Of a DNA stretch of 64,000 bases, positions 1 through 12,583 are shown piece by piece. Each line of letters begins with the position of its first letter. The first letter of the stretch is position 1. A program made the position numbers and the translations under genes. Under the pieces are notes generated by a model. It ran no database searches and was not told the DNA's origin. It worked only from the letters and a program-made list of their open reading frames with translations. The DNA comes from Caecitellus pseudoparvulus (lineage: Eukaryota; Protista; Bigyra: Bicosoecida): NCBI GenBank assembly GCA_965644315.1, contig CBFFRQ010000020.1:186001-250000 (forward strand), in the 5' to 3' direction.

Positions 1-1
1 C

Positions 2-3000
2 ATCAACGTCCATGAAGGCCCCTGGAAAGAAACTGGTTCTACTTGATATTCGGCACAAAGTGCGCGCCGAGTACTGAACGGGTTGCTCGCTAACATCAAG
101 GCTGCCAGGGGCAAGGTGGATAGAGCCAATCTGCAAAGGGTCTGAGGAACTGCTTGTCGCGACCACACTGACACTGCCAGCAGTCAGCCCCCCAGTTGAC
201 GCAGGCCCGGCGGCCGCGCGGATGTTCGACCATGCCTCACCGGCGCCGCTGCTCACTGTGTGCGCTGATGCTGACACGAGAACTGGGGTGGCGCTTCCTC
301 CATACCCACCTGTGCTTGTTATTGCGACGTTGAATCCCAGAACGGAAAACTGGCCGAGACCCGAAAGAGTAGCGTCATCACTCACAGAGAGGGTCACGTC
401 GTCATCGAGGGTCAGGCTTGCTGCTGCAGTTTCCATGATTATTTTCCCTCGTGCACCCGCGCCTGCGCCTTCTCCTGCATACAATGTGACTATTCCTCCA
501 CCCCCGCTGACGCCATCACCGCCAAACAACGACACCTTGCCTCCGGCACCAGTTGACGAACCTGTGCCTCCAAGCAGACTCAAACTACCCCCTGCGGCAG
601 TTTGGCTGTCTCCAGCTTCCAGCAACACATGCCCGCCAACGCCTAGTCCTGAAGCTTGACCTCCCGTGATTTCACTCAGACTTGGTGTGCTGCCGCTTCC
701 ACCGGAGAACAGAATACTGCCTCGTGCAGCCCCACTCGCTGCAGAACTGCTGGTTCCCAGCGCAACATTGCCACTGGCGCCAGAGACGCTGGAGCCCCCA
801 GAAAACAAGATGGAGCCAGTTGAACCTGCAACCCCACCAGTCGATGCCACGCTGATGGTTCCCGAGCCTGTACCCCCACTTCCGCTCTCAACCACTACAA
901 GCCCACCGTTCCCGGAGTCTGAATCGCCAGCAGTAATGGCTACTGCACCTGCATGATTTGCCGGGCCTGCTCCTGCCCCGCAGCTACCAGATGCTACCTC
1001 AACGGGCCCACCTTGGAAGCTGCCTGCGGCGTCTCCTCCACGTGCAGCTATGCTGCTGCTCGTTGACACACTTGAACCAGTGCGTACGCTCAGTGAGCCT
1101 GCTTGGTGCCCATTGGCAGAGGAGAATTCCAGGAGTCCAGAGGGTCCTGCACTCGCTGGTGCGGTGCGAAGAAGAATATCTCCACTTGCAGCAGCCACAG
1201 TGTTGTTTGCTGAAGTGAACAAAACTGCTCCACTGGCGTCGGATGAGGATAGACCAGACCGCACTTCGACGTTTCCTCCTTGTGAAGCACCTGCACTGCC
1301 AGCAAGTAGCATTGCGTTCCCCCCTGCTCCTGCACCTGTACCCGCGGCCGCCGACAAGCCACCGGCAGTTCCAGATGCCGCCCCACCTGCTTGTAGCCGA
1401 ATATGGCCAGCAGTAGGGGTGCCTGTTGCGGCACCGACTGAAGCGATTAAGCTTCCTGCTTCACTGGAGGTGCCTGCTTCTCCTACAATGACAGAAACGG
1501 ATCCGCTGCTACCGCTAGTTGCAGCAGCTGTTGAGAGCAAAATACTGCCACTGCCATCGTCAGAGGAGCCGGAAACTATAGACACCGAGCCGGATGCTCC
1601 GGTGGAAGCTCCGGACTCGAACAGAACATGCCCGCCAGTTCCTCCAGCTGCACCGGCCAGAACACTCACATGGCCTGCAGTAGGCAGCTCTGGCGGGCGA
1701 ATGAGCAAGTCTCCGGCGGCAGGACGACTACCAGTCCTGAGTACGACGTCACCCGCACCCCCCGCCGTTGATGAGCCTGTACTAAGGATAAGGTGGCCAC
1801 TGCTGCGAGCATCCTGAGAACCAGTTATGAGCGAAAGGGCTCCAGATGGGCCGCTATTCCCCACGCCAGATGCTTCAGCCGTGGACAACAGCAGTTTCGC
1901 ACCAGTGTAAGGGGCGCCAGGGGAACTGACAGATCTGCCCGTGACAATCTGCACACCACCCCCGTCACCAGTGCCTTCTCCAGCAAACAGCTCAAGATCC
2001 CCCCCTGCAAACCACGGTGCAGCGTCTGTTTCTGCACTTCCAGCACGAAGCACGACTGAACCTCCACCTGCATCAAGCCCAGAAGTACCAGCAAGCACGC
2101 TGATCGATCCAGCTCGCCCAACGTCATGCAAAGCAACGGACGCAGCCCCTGTTGACAAAAGGATGTGCCCACTGCTGTGGCTCGACGTCCCAGTTGCATG
2201 TCCTGTCGCGGCACCATCCCCTGTTTGTAGGTAAATGGCACCTGTAGCACCACCAAGAGCCCCCGAGGTTGCTGCAGTAGACAGGAAAATGCTCCCAGAC
2301 TTTAAATTGCTTGCCCTGTCATCGGTGGCGCCACTTGACACAGTGATACCTCCTCCACTGCCACCAGCAAGCGTTGAAGACCCTGCTGACACATGAACGC
2401 TTCCTCCTGTCGAAGCAGCACTGGACCCTGCCAAGAACCGCACATCTCCTGCTTCACCTCCGTCCCCTGAAAAGATTTGCAGGAGCCCACTTGAGGTGTC
2501 TGCATCAGAAGTTCCCAGAAGTGATTCTCCGCTTACGTCAGACCCACCCCCAGATTGTGCGGCAACGCTTCCACCTGCTCCGCTTTCAATGACCAGAGCG
2601 GCACCGGTGCCGGAGGCAGAAAGGGACCCCCCAAGCACAGAAATGGAGCCACCTCCTGCAGCTGTGGCAACCCCAACAGATAAAAGAACTGATCCAGAAG
2701 ATGAGCCGGCGCCTGAACTTGCAGAGCCTGTGACCACATCAACCACGCCACTGTTGCTTGATGCATGAGCTCCAGAAGAAAGGAGAATTGACCCAGACCC
2801 ATTGGGATCACTTGAAGAAAGCAGTGAAACGGAGCCACCCCCCAGGGAAGAACCAGTTCCACTTCCAGATTGTAGTAAGAGCGAGCCCCCCAGCTCACTG
2901 CCTGCTGTGCCGCTTGCACTGCCAGAAATAACTGAGACGTGACCCCCCAATCCAGATGAAAGCGGGGCCACTACGTTTGGTCCACCAGTCCCCGCGGACA

Positions 3001-6000
3001 GGGAAATATGCCCACCGACAGAGTCGGTGCCCCCTTGACCACCTGAAATGACCACTTTCCCTGTGACGCCCTCTGCAGCGGCTCCAGCCGTCAAATCCAC
3101 TGATCCACCAGGCGCGCCGGCCATTGCCATGAGTACCAAAGACCCAGAACTTGCCGATGTCACACTTCCAGACGAAAATTTGACACCACCTGTAACGGGG
3201 GCGTCTGGGGATGACATCAAAATGCTTCCGGAGCTCCCAGTTGGAGCCAAACCAGAAGCAATACGGACGTCCCCGGATACAGAGGCGCTATCTCCGGAGC
3301 GAGCACTTGCATGCCCTGCCAAAACGCCTGAGCCCGCACCAAACTCCACACTACCAGTTGAAGCACCAGAGCCGGACACAAAAGCAACGTTGCCTCCATT
3401 GGATCCAGCACCATCTGACGATCCGACCAAGACAGACATCGACCCACTTTCGCCCGATGTCGACCCGCCCGACGCCAGTGTCACGGCCCCGCTGCTGCCC
3501 GACTGTGTCGTGCCAGTGCTCAGCACCAGCGACCCCGACACGCCCGTGCCCACAGCGTTGGCACTGCGCACCACCACTGCACCAGTGCTGGACACCGCAC
3601 CACTCCCGCTCACCACACTCACCACACCGCCCACACTGCCACCAGCAGTGCTGGCGCCAGCTGACACGTACAGGTGCCCGCCGTCGCCCTGGTCAGTGGC
3701 GCCCACAGTCATGGACATGCTGCCGGCGACCCCCGATGTGGCGGCCCCCGTGGCCATGTGCAGGTACCCGGCGTCGCCCGTGAGCGCGGTGCCAGTGCTC
3801 AGCACCATGGCGCCGCTGTCGCCCGATGTCGACCCGCCCGACGCCAGTGTGACGGCCCCGCTGCTGCCCGACTGTGTCGTGCCAGTGCTCAGCACCAGCG
3901 ACCCCGACACACCCGTGCCCACAGCGTTGGCACTGCGCACCACCACTGCACCAGTGCTGGACACCGCACCACTCCCGCTCACCACACTCACCACACCGCC
4001 CACACTGCCACCAGCAGTGCTGGCGCCAGCTGACACGTACACGTGCCCGCCGTCGCCCTGGTCAGTGGCGCCCACAGTCATGGACATGCTGCCGGCGACC
4101 CCCGATGTGGCGGCCCCCGTGGCCATGTGCAGGTACCCGGCGTCGCCCGTGAGCGCGGTGCCAGTGGTCAGCACCATGGCGCCGCTGTCGCCCGTTGTCG
4201 ACCCGCCCGACGCCAGTGTCACGGCCCCGCTGCTGCCCGACTGTGTCGTGCCAGTGCTCAGCACCAGCGACCCCGACACGCCCGTGCCCACAGCGTTGGC
4301 ACTGCGCACCACCACTGCACCAGTGCTGGACACCGCACCACTCCCGCTCACCACACTCACCACACCCCCCACACTGCCACCAGCAGTGCTGGCGCCAGCT
4401 GACACGTACACGTGCCCGCCGTCGCCCTGGTCAGTGGCGCCCACAGTCATGGACATGCTGCCGGCGGCCCCCGATGTGGCGTCCCCTGTTGCCAAAATGA
4501 GGCCACCAGCTGGCCCATCAGTTGAAAGTCCAGACGAAACCACAACACTTCCAGACGACTCTTCAGATGCACCAGAGCCAATGTACAGAGTCCCAGAGCC
4601 GCTTCCACCCCTTGCGACTCCGGAGAACACCCGCAACGCACCCGTTGAGCTTAACGAATCTCCGGATCCGATACTCAGCAAGCCAGACCCTAAGGTTGCG
4701 GATGCACCCGACGCCAGTGTCACGGCCCCGCTGCTGCCCGACTGTGTCGTGCCAGTGCTCAGCACCAGCGACCCCGACACACCCGTGCCCACAGCGTTGG
4801 CACTGCGCACCACCACTGCACCAGTGCTGGACACCGCACCACTCCCGCTCACCACACTCACCACACCCCCCACACTGCCACCAGCAGTGCTGGCGCCAGC
4901 TGACACGTACAGGTGCCCGCCGTCGCCCTGGTCAGTGCCGCCCACAGTCATGGACATGCTGCCGGCGACCCCCGATGTGGCGGCCCCCGTGGCCATGTGC
5001 AGGTACCCGGCGTCGCCCGTGAGCGCGGTGCCAGTGCTCAGCACCATGGCGCCGCTGTCGCCCGATGTCGACCCGCCCGACGCCAGTGTGACGGCCCCGC
5101 TGCTGCCCGACTGTGTCGTGCCAGTGCTCAGCACCATGGCGCCTGACGCCAGCAATGGAGTGTGGCCCGACGCCAGTGTCACGGCCCCGCTGCTGCCCGA
5201 CTGTGTCGTGCCAGTGCTCAGCACCAGCGACCCCGACACACCCGTGCCCACAGCGTTGGCACTGCGCACCACCACTGCACCAGTGCTGGACACCGCACCA
5301 CTCCCGCTCACCACACTCACCACACCCCCCACACTGCCACCAGCAGTGCTGGCGCCAGCTGACACGTACAGGTGCCCGCCGTCGCCCTGGTCAGTGGCGC
5401 CCACAGTCATGGACATGCTGCCGGCGACCCCCGATGTGGCGGCCCCCGTGGCCATGTGCAGGTACCCGGCGTCGCCCGTGAGCGCGGTGCCAGTGCTCAG
5501 CACCATGGCGCCGCTGTCGCCCGATGTCGACCCGCCCGACGCCAGTGTCACGGCCCCGCTGCTGCCCGACTGTGTCGTGCCAGTGCTCAGCACCAGCGAC
5601 CCCGACACACCCGTGCCCACAGCGTTGGCACTGCGCACCACCACTGCACCAGTGCTGGACACCGCACCACTCCCGCTCACCACACTCACCACACCCCCCA
5701 CACTGCCACCAGCAGTGCTGGCGCCAGCTGACACGTACAGGTGCCCGCCGTCGCCCTGGTCAGTGCCGCCCACAGTCATGGACATGCTGCCGGCGGCCCC
5801 CGATGTGGCGGCCCCCGTGGCCATGTGCAGGTACCCGGCGTCGCCCGTGAGCGCGGTGCCAGTGCTCAGCACCATGGCGCCGCTGTCGCCCGATGTCGAC
5901 CCGCCCGACGCCAGTGTCACGGCCCCGCTGCTGCCCGACTGTGTCGTGCCAGTGCTCAGCACCATGGCGCCTGACGCCAGCAATGGAGTGTGGCCCGACG

Positions 6001-9000
6001 CCAGTGTCACGGCCCCGCTGCTGCCCGACTGTGTCGTGCCAGTGCTCAGCACCAGCGACCCCGACACACCCGTGCCCACAGCGTTGGCACTGCGCACCAC
6101 CACTGCACCAGTGCTGGACACCGCACCACTCCCGCTCACCACACTCACCACACCGCCCACACTGCCACCAGCAGTGCTGGCGCCAGCTGACACGTACAGG
6201 TGCCCGCCGTCGCCCTGGTCAGTGCCGCCCACAGTCATGGACATGCTGCCGGCGACCCCCGATGTGGCGGCCCCCGTGGCCATGTGCAGGTACCCGGCGT
6301 CGCCCGTGAGCGCGGTGCCAGTGCTCAGCACCATGGCGCCGCTGTCGCCCGATGTCGACCCGCCCGACGCCAGTGTGACGGCCCCGCTGCTGCCCGACTG
6401 TGTCGTGCCAGTGCTCAGCACCATGGCGCCTGACGCCAGCAATGGAGTGTGGCCCGACGCCAGTGTGACGGCCCCGCTGCTGCCCGACTGTGTCGTGCCA
6501 GTGCTCAGCACCAGCGACCCCGACACGCCCGTGCCCACAGCGTTGGCACTGCGCACCACCACTGCACCAGTGCTGGACACCGCACCACTCCCGCTCACCA
6601 CACTCACCACACCGCCCACACTGCCACCAGCAGTGCTGGCGCCAGCTGACACGTACACGTGCCCGCCGTCGCCCTGGTCAGTGCCGCCCACAGTCATGGA
6701 CATGCTGCCGGCGACCCCCGATGTGGCGGCCCCCGTGGCCATGTGCAGGTACCCGGCGTCGCCCGTGAGCGCGGTGCCAGTGCTCAGCACCATGGCGCCG
6801 CTGTCGCCCGATGTCGACCCGCCCGACGCCAGTGTCACGGCCCCGCTGCTGCCCGACTGTGTCGTGCCAGTGCTCAGCACCATGGCGCCGCTGTCGCCCG
6901 TTGTCGACCCGCCCGACGCCAGTGTCACGGCCCCGCTGCTGCCCGACTGTGTCGTGCCAGTGCTCAGCACCAGCGACCCCGACACACCCGTGCCCACAGC
7001 GTTGGCACTGCGCACCACCACTGCACCAGTGCTGGACACCGCACCACTCCCGCTCACCACACTCACCACACCCCCCACACTGCCACCAGCAGTGCTGGCG
7101 CCAGCTGACACGTACACGTGCCCGCCGTCGCCCTGGTCAGTGCCGCCCACAGTCATGGACATGCTGCCGGCGACCCCCGATGTGGCGGCCCCCGTGGCCA
7201 TGTGCAGGTACCCGGCGTCGCCCGTGAGCGCGGTGCCAGTGCTCAGCACCATGGCGCCGCTGTCGCCCGATGTCGACCCGCCCGACGCCAGTGTCACGGC
7301 CCCGCTGCTGCCCGACTGTGTCGTGCCAGTGCTCAGCACCAGCGACCCCGACACACCCGTGCCCACAGCGTTGGCACTGCGCACCACCACTGCACCAGTG
7401 CTGGACACCGCACCACTCCCGCTCACCACACTCACCACACCGCCCACACTGCCACCAGCAGTGCTGGCGCCAGCTGACACGTACACGTGCCCGCCGTCGC
7501 CCTGGTCAGTGCCGCCCACAGTCATGGACATGCTGCCGGCGGCCCCCGATGTGGCGGCCCCCGTGGCCATGTGCAGGTACCCGGCGTCGCCCGTGAGCGC
7601 GGTGCCAGTGGTCAGCACCATGGCGCCACTGTCGCCCGATGTCGACCCGCCCGACGCCAGTGTCACGGCCCCGCTGCTGCCCGACTGTGTCGTGCCAGTG
7701 CTCAGCACCATGGCGCCGCTGTCGCCCGATGTCGACCCGCCCGACGCCAGTGTCACGGCCCCGCTGCTGCCCGACTGTGTCGTGCCAGTGCTCAGCACCA
7801 GCGACCCCGACACGCCCGTGCCCACAGCGTTGGCACTGCGCACCACCACTGCACCAGTGCTGGACACCGCACCACTCCCGCTCACCACACTCACCACACC
7901 CCCCACACTGCCACCAGCAGTGCTGGCGCCAGCTGACACGTACAGGTGCCCGCCGTCGCCCTGGTCAGTGCCGCCCACAGTCATGGACATGCTGCCGGCG
8001 ACCCCCGATGTGGCGGCCCCCGTGGCCATGTGCAGGTACCCGGCGTCGCCCGTGAGCGCGGTGCCAGTGCTCAGCACCATGGCGCCGCTGTCGCCCGATG
8101 TCGACCCGCCCGACGCCAGTGTCACGGCCCCGCTGCTGCCCGACTGTGTCGTGCCAGTGCTCAGCACCATGGCGCCGCTGTCGCCCGATGTCGACCCGCC
8201 CGACGCCAGTGTCACGGCCCCGCTGCTGCCCGACTGTGTCGTGCCAGTGCTCAGCACCAGCGACCCCGACACGCCCGTGCCCACAGCGTTGGCACTGCGC
8301 ACCACCACTGCACCAGTGCTGGACACCGCACCACTCCCGCTCACCACACTCACCACACCCCCCACACTGCCACCAGCAGTGCTGGCGCCAGCTGACACGT
8401 ACACGTGCCCGCCGTCGCCCTGGTCAGTGCCGCCCACAGTCATGGACATGCTGCCGGCGACCCCCGATGTGGCGGCCCCCGTGGCCATGTGCAGGTACCC
8501 GGCGTCGCCCGTGAGCGCGGTGCCAGTGCTCAGCACCATGGCGCCGCTGTCGCCCGATGTCGACCCGCCCGACGCCAGTGTCACGGCCCCGCTGCTGCCC
8601 GACTGTGTCGTGCCAGTGCTCAGCACCAGCGACCCCGACACACCCGTGCCCACAGCGTTGGCACTGCGCACCACCACTGCACCAGTGCTGGACACCGCAC
8701 CACTCCCGCTCACCACACTCACCACACCCCCGACACTGCCACCAGCAGTGCTGGCGCCAGCTGACACGTACACGTGCCCGCCGTCGCCCTGGTCAGTGCC
8801 GCCCACAGTCATGGACATGCTGCCGGCGACCCCCGATGTGGCGGCCCCCGTGGCCATGTGCAGGTACCCGGCGTCGCCCGTGAGCGCGGTGCCAGTGCTC
8901 AGCACCATGGCGCCACTGTCGCCCGATGTCGACCCGCCCGACGCCAGTGTCACGGCCCCGCTGCTGCCCGACTGTGTCGTGCCAGTGCTCAGCACCATGG

Positions 9001-12000
9001 CGCCGCTGTCGCCCGATGTCGACCCGCCCGACGCCAGTGTCACGGCCCCGCTGCTGCCCGACTGTGTCGTGCCAGTGCTCAGCACCAGCGACCCCGACAC
9101 ACCCGTGCCCACAGCGTTGGCACTGCGCACCACCACTGCACCAGTGCTGGACACCGCACCACTCCCGCTCACCACACTCACCACACCGCCCACACTGCCA
9201 CCAGCAGTGCTGGCGCCAGCTGACACGTACACGTGCCCGCCGTCGCCCTGGTCAGTGCCGCCCACAGTCATGGACATGCTGCCGGCGACCCCCGATGTGG
9301 CGGCCCCCGTGGCCATGTGCAGGTACCCGGCGTCGCCCGTGAGCGCGGTGCCAGTGCTCAGCACCATGGCGCCGCTGTCGCCCGATGTCGACCCGCCCGA
9401 CGCCAGTGTCACGGCCCCGCTGCTGCCCGACTGTGTCGTGCCAGTGCTCAGCACCATGGCGCCGCTGTCGCCCGATGTCGACCCGCCCGACGCCAGTGTC
9501 ACGGCCCCGCTGCTGCCCGACTGTGTCGTGCCAGTGCTCAGCACCAGCGACCCCGACACACCCGTGCCCACAGCGTTGGCACTGCGCACCACCACTGCAC
9601 CAGTGCTGGACACCGCACCACTCCCGCTCACCACACTCACCACACCCCCCACACTGCCACCAGCAGTGCTGGCGCCAGCTGACACGTACAGGTGCCCGCC
9701 GTCGCCCTGGTCAGTGCCGCCCACAGTCATGGACATGCTGCCGGCGGCCCCCGATGTGGCGGCCCCCGTGGCCATGTGCAGGTACCCGGCGTCGCCCGTG
9801 AGCGCGGTGCCAGTGCTCAGCACCATGGCGCCGCTGTCGCCCGATGTCGACCCGCCCGACGCCAGTGTGACGGCCCCGCTGCTGCCCGACTGTGTCGTGC
9901 CAGTGCTCAGCACCATGGCGCCTGACGCCAGCAATGGAGTGTGGCCCGACGCCAGTGTGACGGCCCCGCTGCTGCCCGACTGTGTCGTGCCAGTGCTCAG
10001 CACCAGCGACCCCGACACGCCCGTGCCCACAGCGTTGGCACTGCGCACCACCACTGCACCAGTGCTGGACACCGCACCACTCCCGCTCACCACACTCACC
10101 ACACCCCCCACACTGCCACCAGCAGTGCTGGCGCCAGCTGACACGTACAGGTGCCCGCCGTCGCCCTGGTCAGTGCCGCCCACAGTCATGGACATGCTGC
10201 CGGCGGCCCCCGATGTGGCGGCCCCCGTGGCCATGTGCAGGTACCCGGCGTCGCCCGTGAGCGCGGTGCCAGTGCTCAGCACCATGGCGCCGCTGTCGCC
10301 CGATGTCGACCCGCCCGACGCCAGTGTGACGGCCCCGCTGCTGCCCGACTGTGTCGTGCCAGTGCTCAGCACCATGGCGCCGCTGTCGCCCGATGTCGAC
10401 CCGCCCGACGCCAGTGTCACGGCCCCGCTGCTGCCCGACTGTGTCGTGCCAGTGCTCAGCACCAGCGACCCCGACACGCCCGTGCCCACAGCGTTGGCAC
10501 TGCGCACCACCACTGCACCAGTGCTGGACACCGCACCACTCCCGCTCACCACACTCACCACACCCCCCACACTGCCACCAGCAGTGCTGGCGCCAGCTGA
10601 CACGTACAGGTGCCCGCCGTCGCCCTGGTCAGTGCCGCCCACAGTCATGGACATGCTGCCGGCGGCCCCCGATGTGGCGGCCCCCGTGGCCATGTGCAGG
10701 TACCCGGCGTCGCCCGTGAGCGCGGTGCCAGTGCTCAGCACCATGGCGCCGCTGTCGCCCGATGTCGACCCGCCCGACGCCAGTGTGACGGCCCCGCTGC
10801 TGCCCGACTGTGTCGTGCCAGTGCTCAGCACCATGGCGCCGCTGTCGCCCGATGTCGACCCGCCCGACGCCAGTGTCACGGCCCCGCTGCTGCCCGACTG
10901 TGTCGTGCCAGTGCTCAGCACCAGCGACCCCGATACACCCGTGCCCACAGCGTTGGCACTGCGCACCACCACTGCACCAGTGCTGGACACCGCACCACTC
11001 CCGCTCACCACACTCACCACACCGCCCACACTGCCACCAGCAGTGCTGGCGCCAGCTGACACGTACAGGTGCCCGCCGTCGCCCTGGTCAGTGCCGCCCA
11101 CAGTCATGGACATGCTGCCGGCGACCCCCGATGTGGCGGCCCCCGTGGCCATGTGCAGGTACCCGGCGTCGCCCGTGAGCGCGGTGCCAGTGCTCAGCAC
11201 CATGGCGCCGCTGTCGCCCGATGTCGACCCGCCCGACGCCAGTGTGACGGCCCCGCTGCTGCCCGACTGTGTCGTGCCAGTGCTCAGCACCAGCGACCCC
11301 GACACACCCGTGCCCACAGCGTTGGCACTGCGCACCACCACTGCACCAGTGCTGGACACCGCACCACTCCCGCTCACCACACTCACCACACCCCCCACAC
11401 TGCCACCAGCAGTGCTGGCGCCAGCTGACACGTACAGGTGCCCGCCGTCGCCCTGGTCAGTGCCGCCCACAGTCATGGACATGCTGCCGGCGGCCCCCGA
11501 TGTGGCGGCCCCCGTGGCCATGTGCAGGTACCCGGCGTCGCCCGTGAGCGCGGTGCCAGTGGTCAGCACCATGGCGCCGCTGTCGCCCGATGTCGACCCG
11601 CCCGACGCCAGTGTGACGGCCCCGCTGCTGCCCGACTGTGTCGTGCCAGTGCTCAGCACCATGGCGCCGCTGTCGCCCGATGTCGACCCGCCCGACGCCA
11701 GTGTGACGGCCCCGCTGCTGCCCGACTGTGTCGTGCCAGTGCTCAGCATCAGCGACCCCGACACGCCCGTGCCCACAGCGTTGGCACTGCGCACCACCAC
11801 TGCACCAGTGCTGGACACCGCACCACTCCCGCTCACCACACTCACCACACCCCCCACACTGCCACCAGCAGTGCTGGCGCCAGCTGACACGTACAGGTGC
11901 CCGCCGTCGCCCTGGTCAGTGCCGCCCACAGTCATGGACATGCTGCCGGCGACCCCCGATGTGGCGGCCCCCGTGGCCATGTGCAGGTACCCGGCGTCGC

Positions 12001-12583
12001 CCGTGAGCGCGGTGCCAGTGCTCAGCACCATGGCGCCGCTGTCGCCCGATGTCGACCCGCCCGACGCCAGTGTCACGGCCCCGCTGCTGCCCGACTGTGT
12101 CGTGCCAGTGCTCAGCACCATGGCGCCGCTGTCGCCCGATGTCGACCCGCCCGACGCCAGTGTGACGGCCCCGCTGCTGCCCGACTGTGTCGTGCCAGTG
12201 CTCAGCACCAGCGACCCCGACACGCCCGTGCCCACAGCGTTGGCACTGCGCACCACCACTGCACCAGTGCTGGACACCGCACCACTCCCGCTCACCACAC
12301 TCACCACACCCCCCACACTGCCACCAGCAGTGCTGGCGCCAGCTGACACGTACACGTGCCCGCCGTCGCCCTGGTCAGTGCCGCCCACAGTCATGGACAT
12401 GCTGCCGGCGGCCCCCGATGTGGCGGCCCCCGTGGCCATGTGCAGGTACCCGGCGTCGCCCGTGAGCGCGGTGCCAGTGCTCAGCACCATGGCGCCGCTG
12501 TCGCCCGATGTCGACCCGCCCGACGCCAGTGTGACGGCCCCGCTGCTGCCCGACTGTGTCGTGCCAGTGCTCAGCACCATGGC
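2..12583 (-). CDS. C-proximal segment of the giant protein (~4190 aa, runs off the left edge)
   Basis: In-frame ATGs exist (e.g. 12580-12578) but the track lists no ORF here, which implies no stop before the window edge. Manual translation of the last ~170 codons confirms an open frame. The repeat grammar continues to ~440. Confidence 0.85.
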
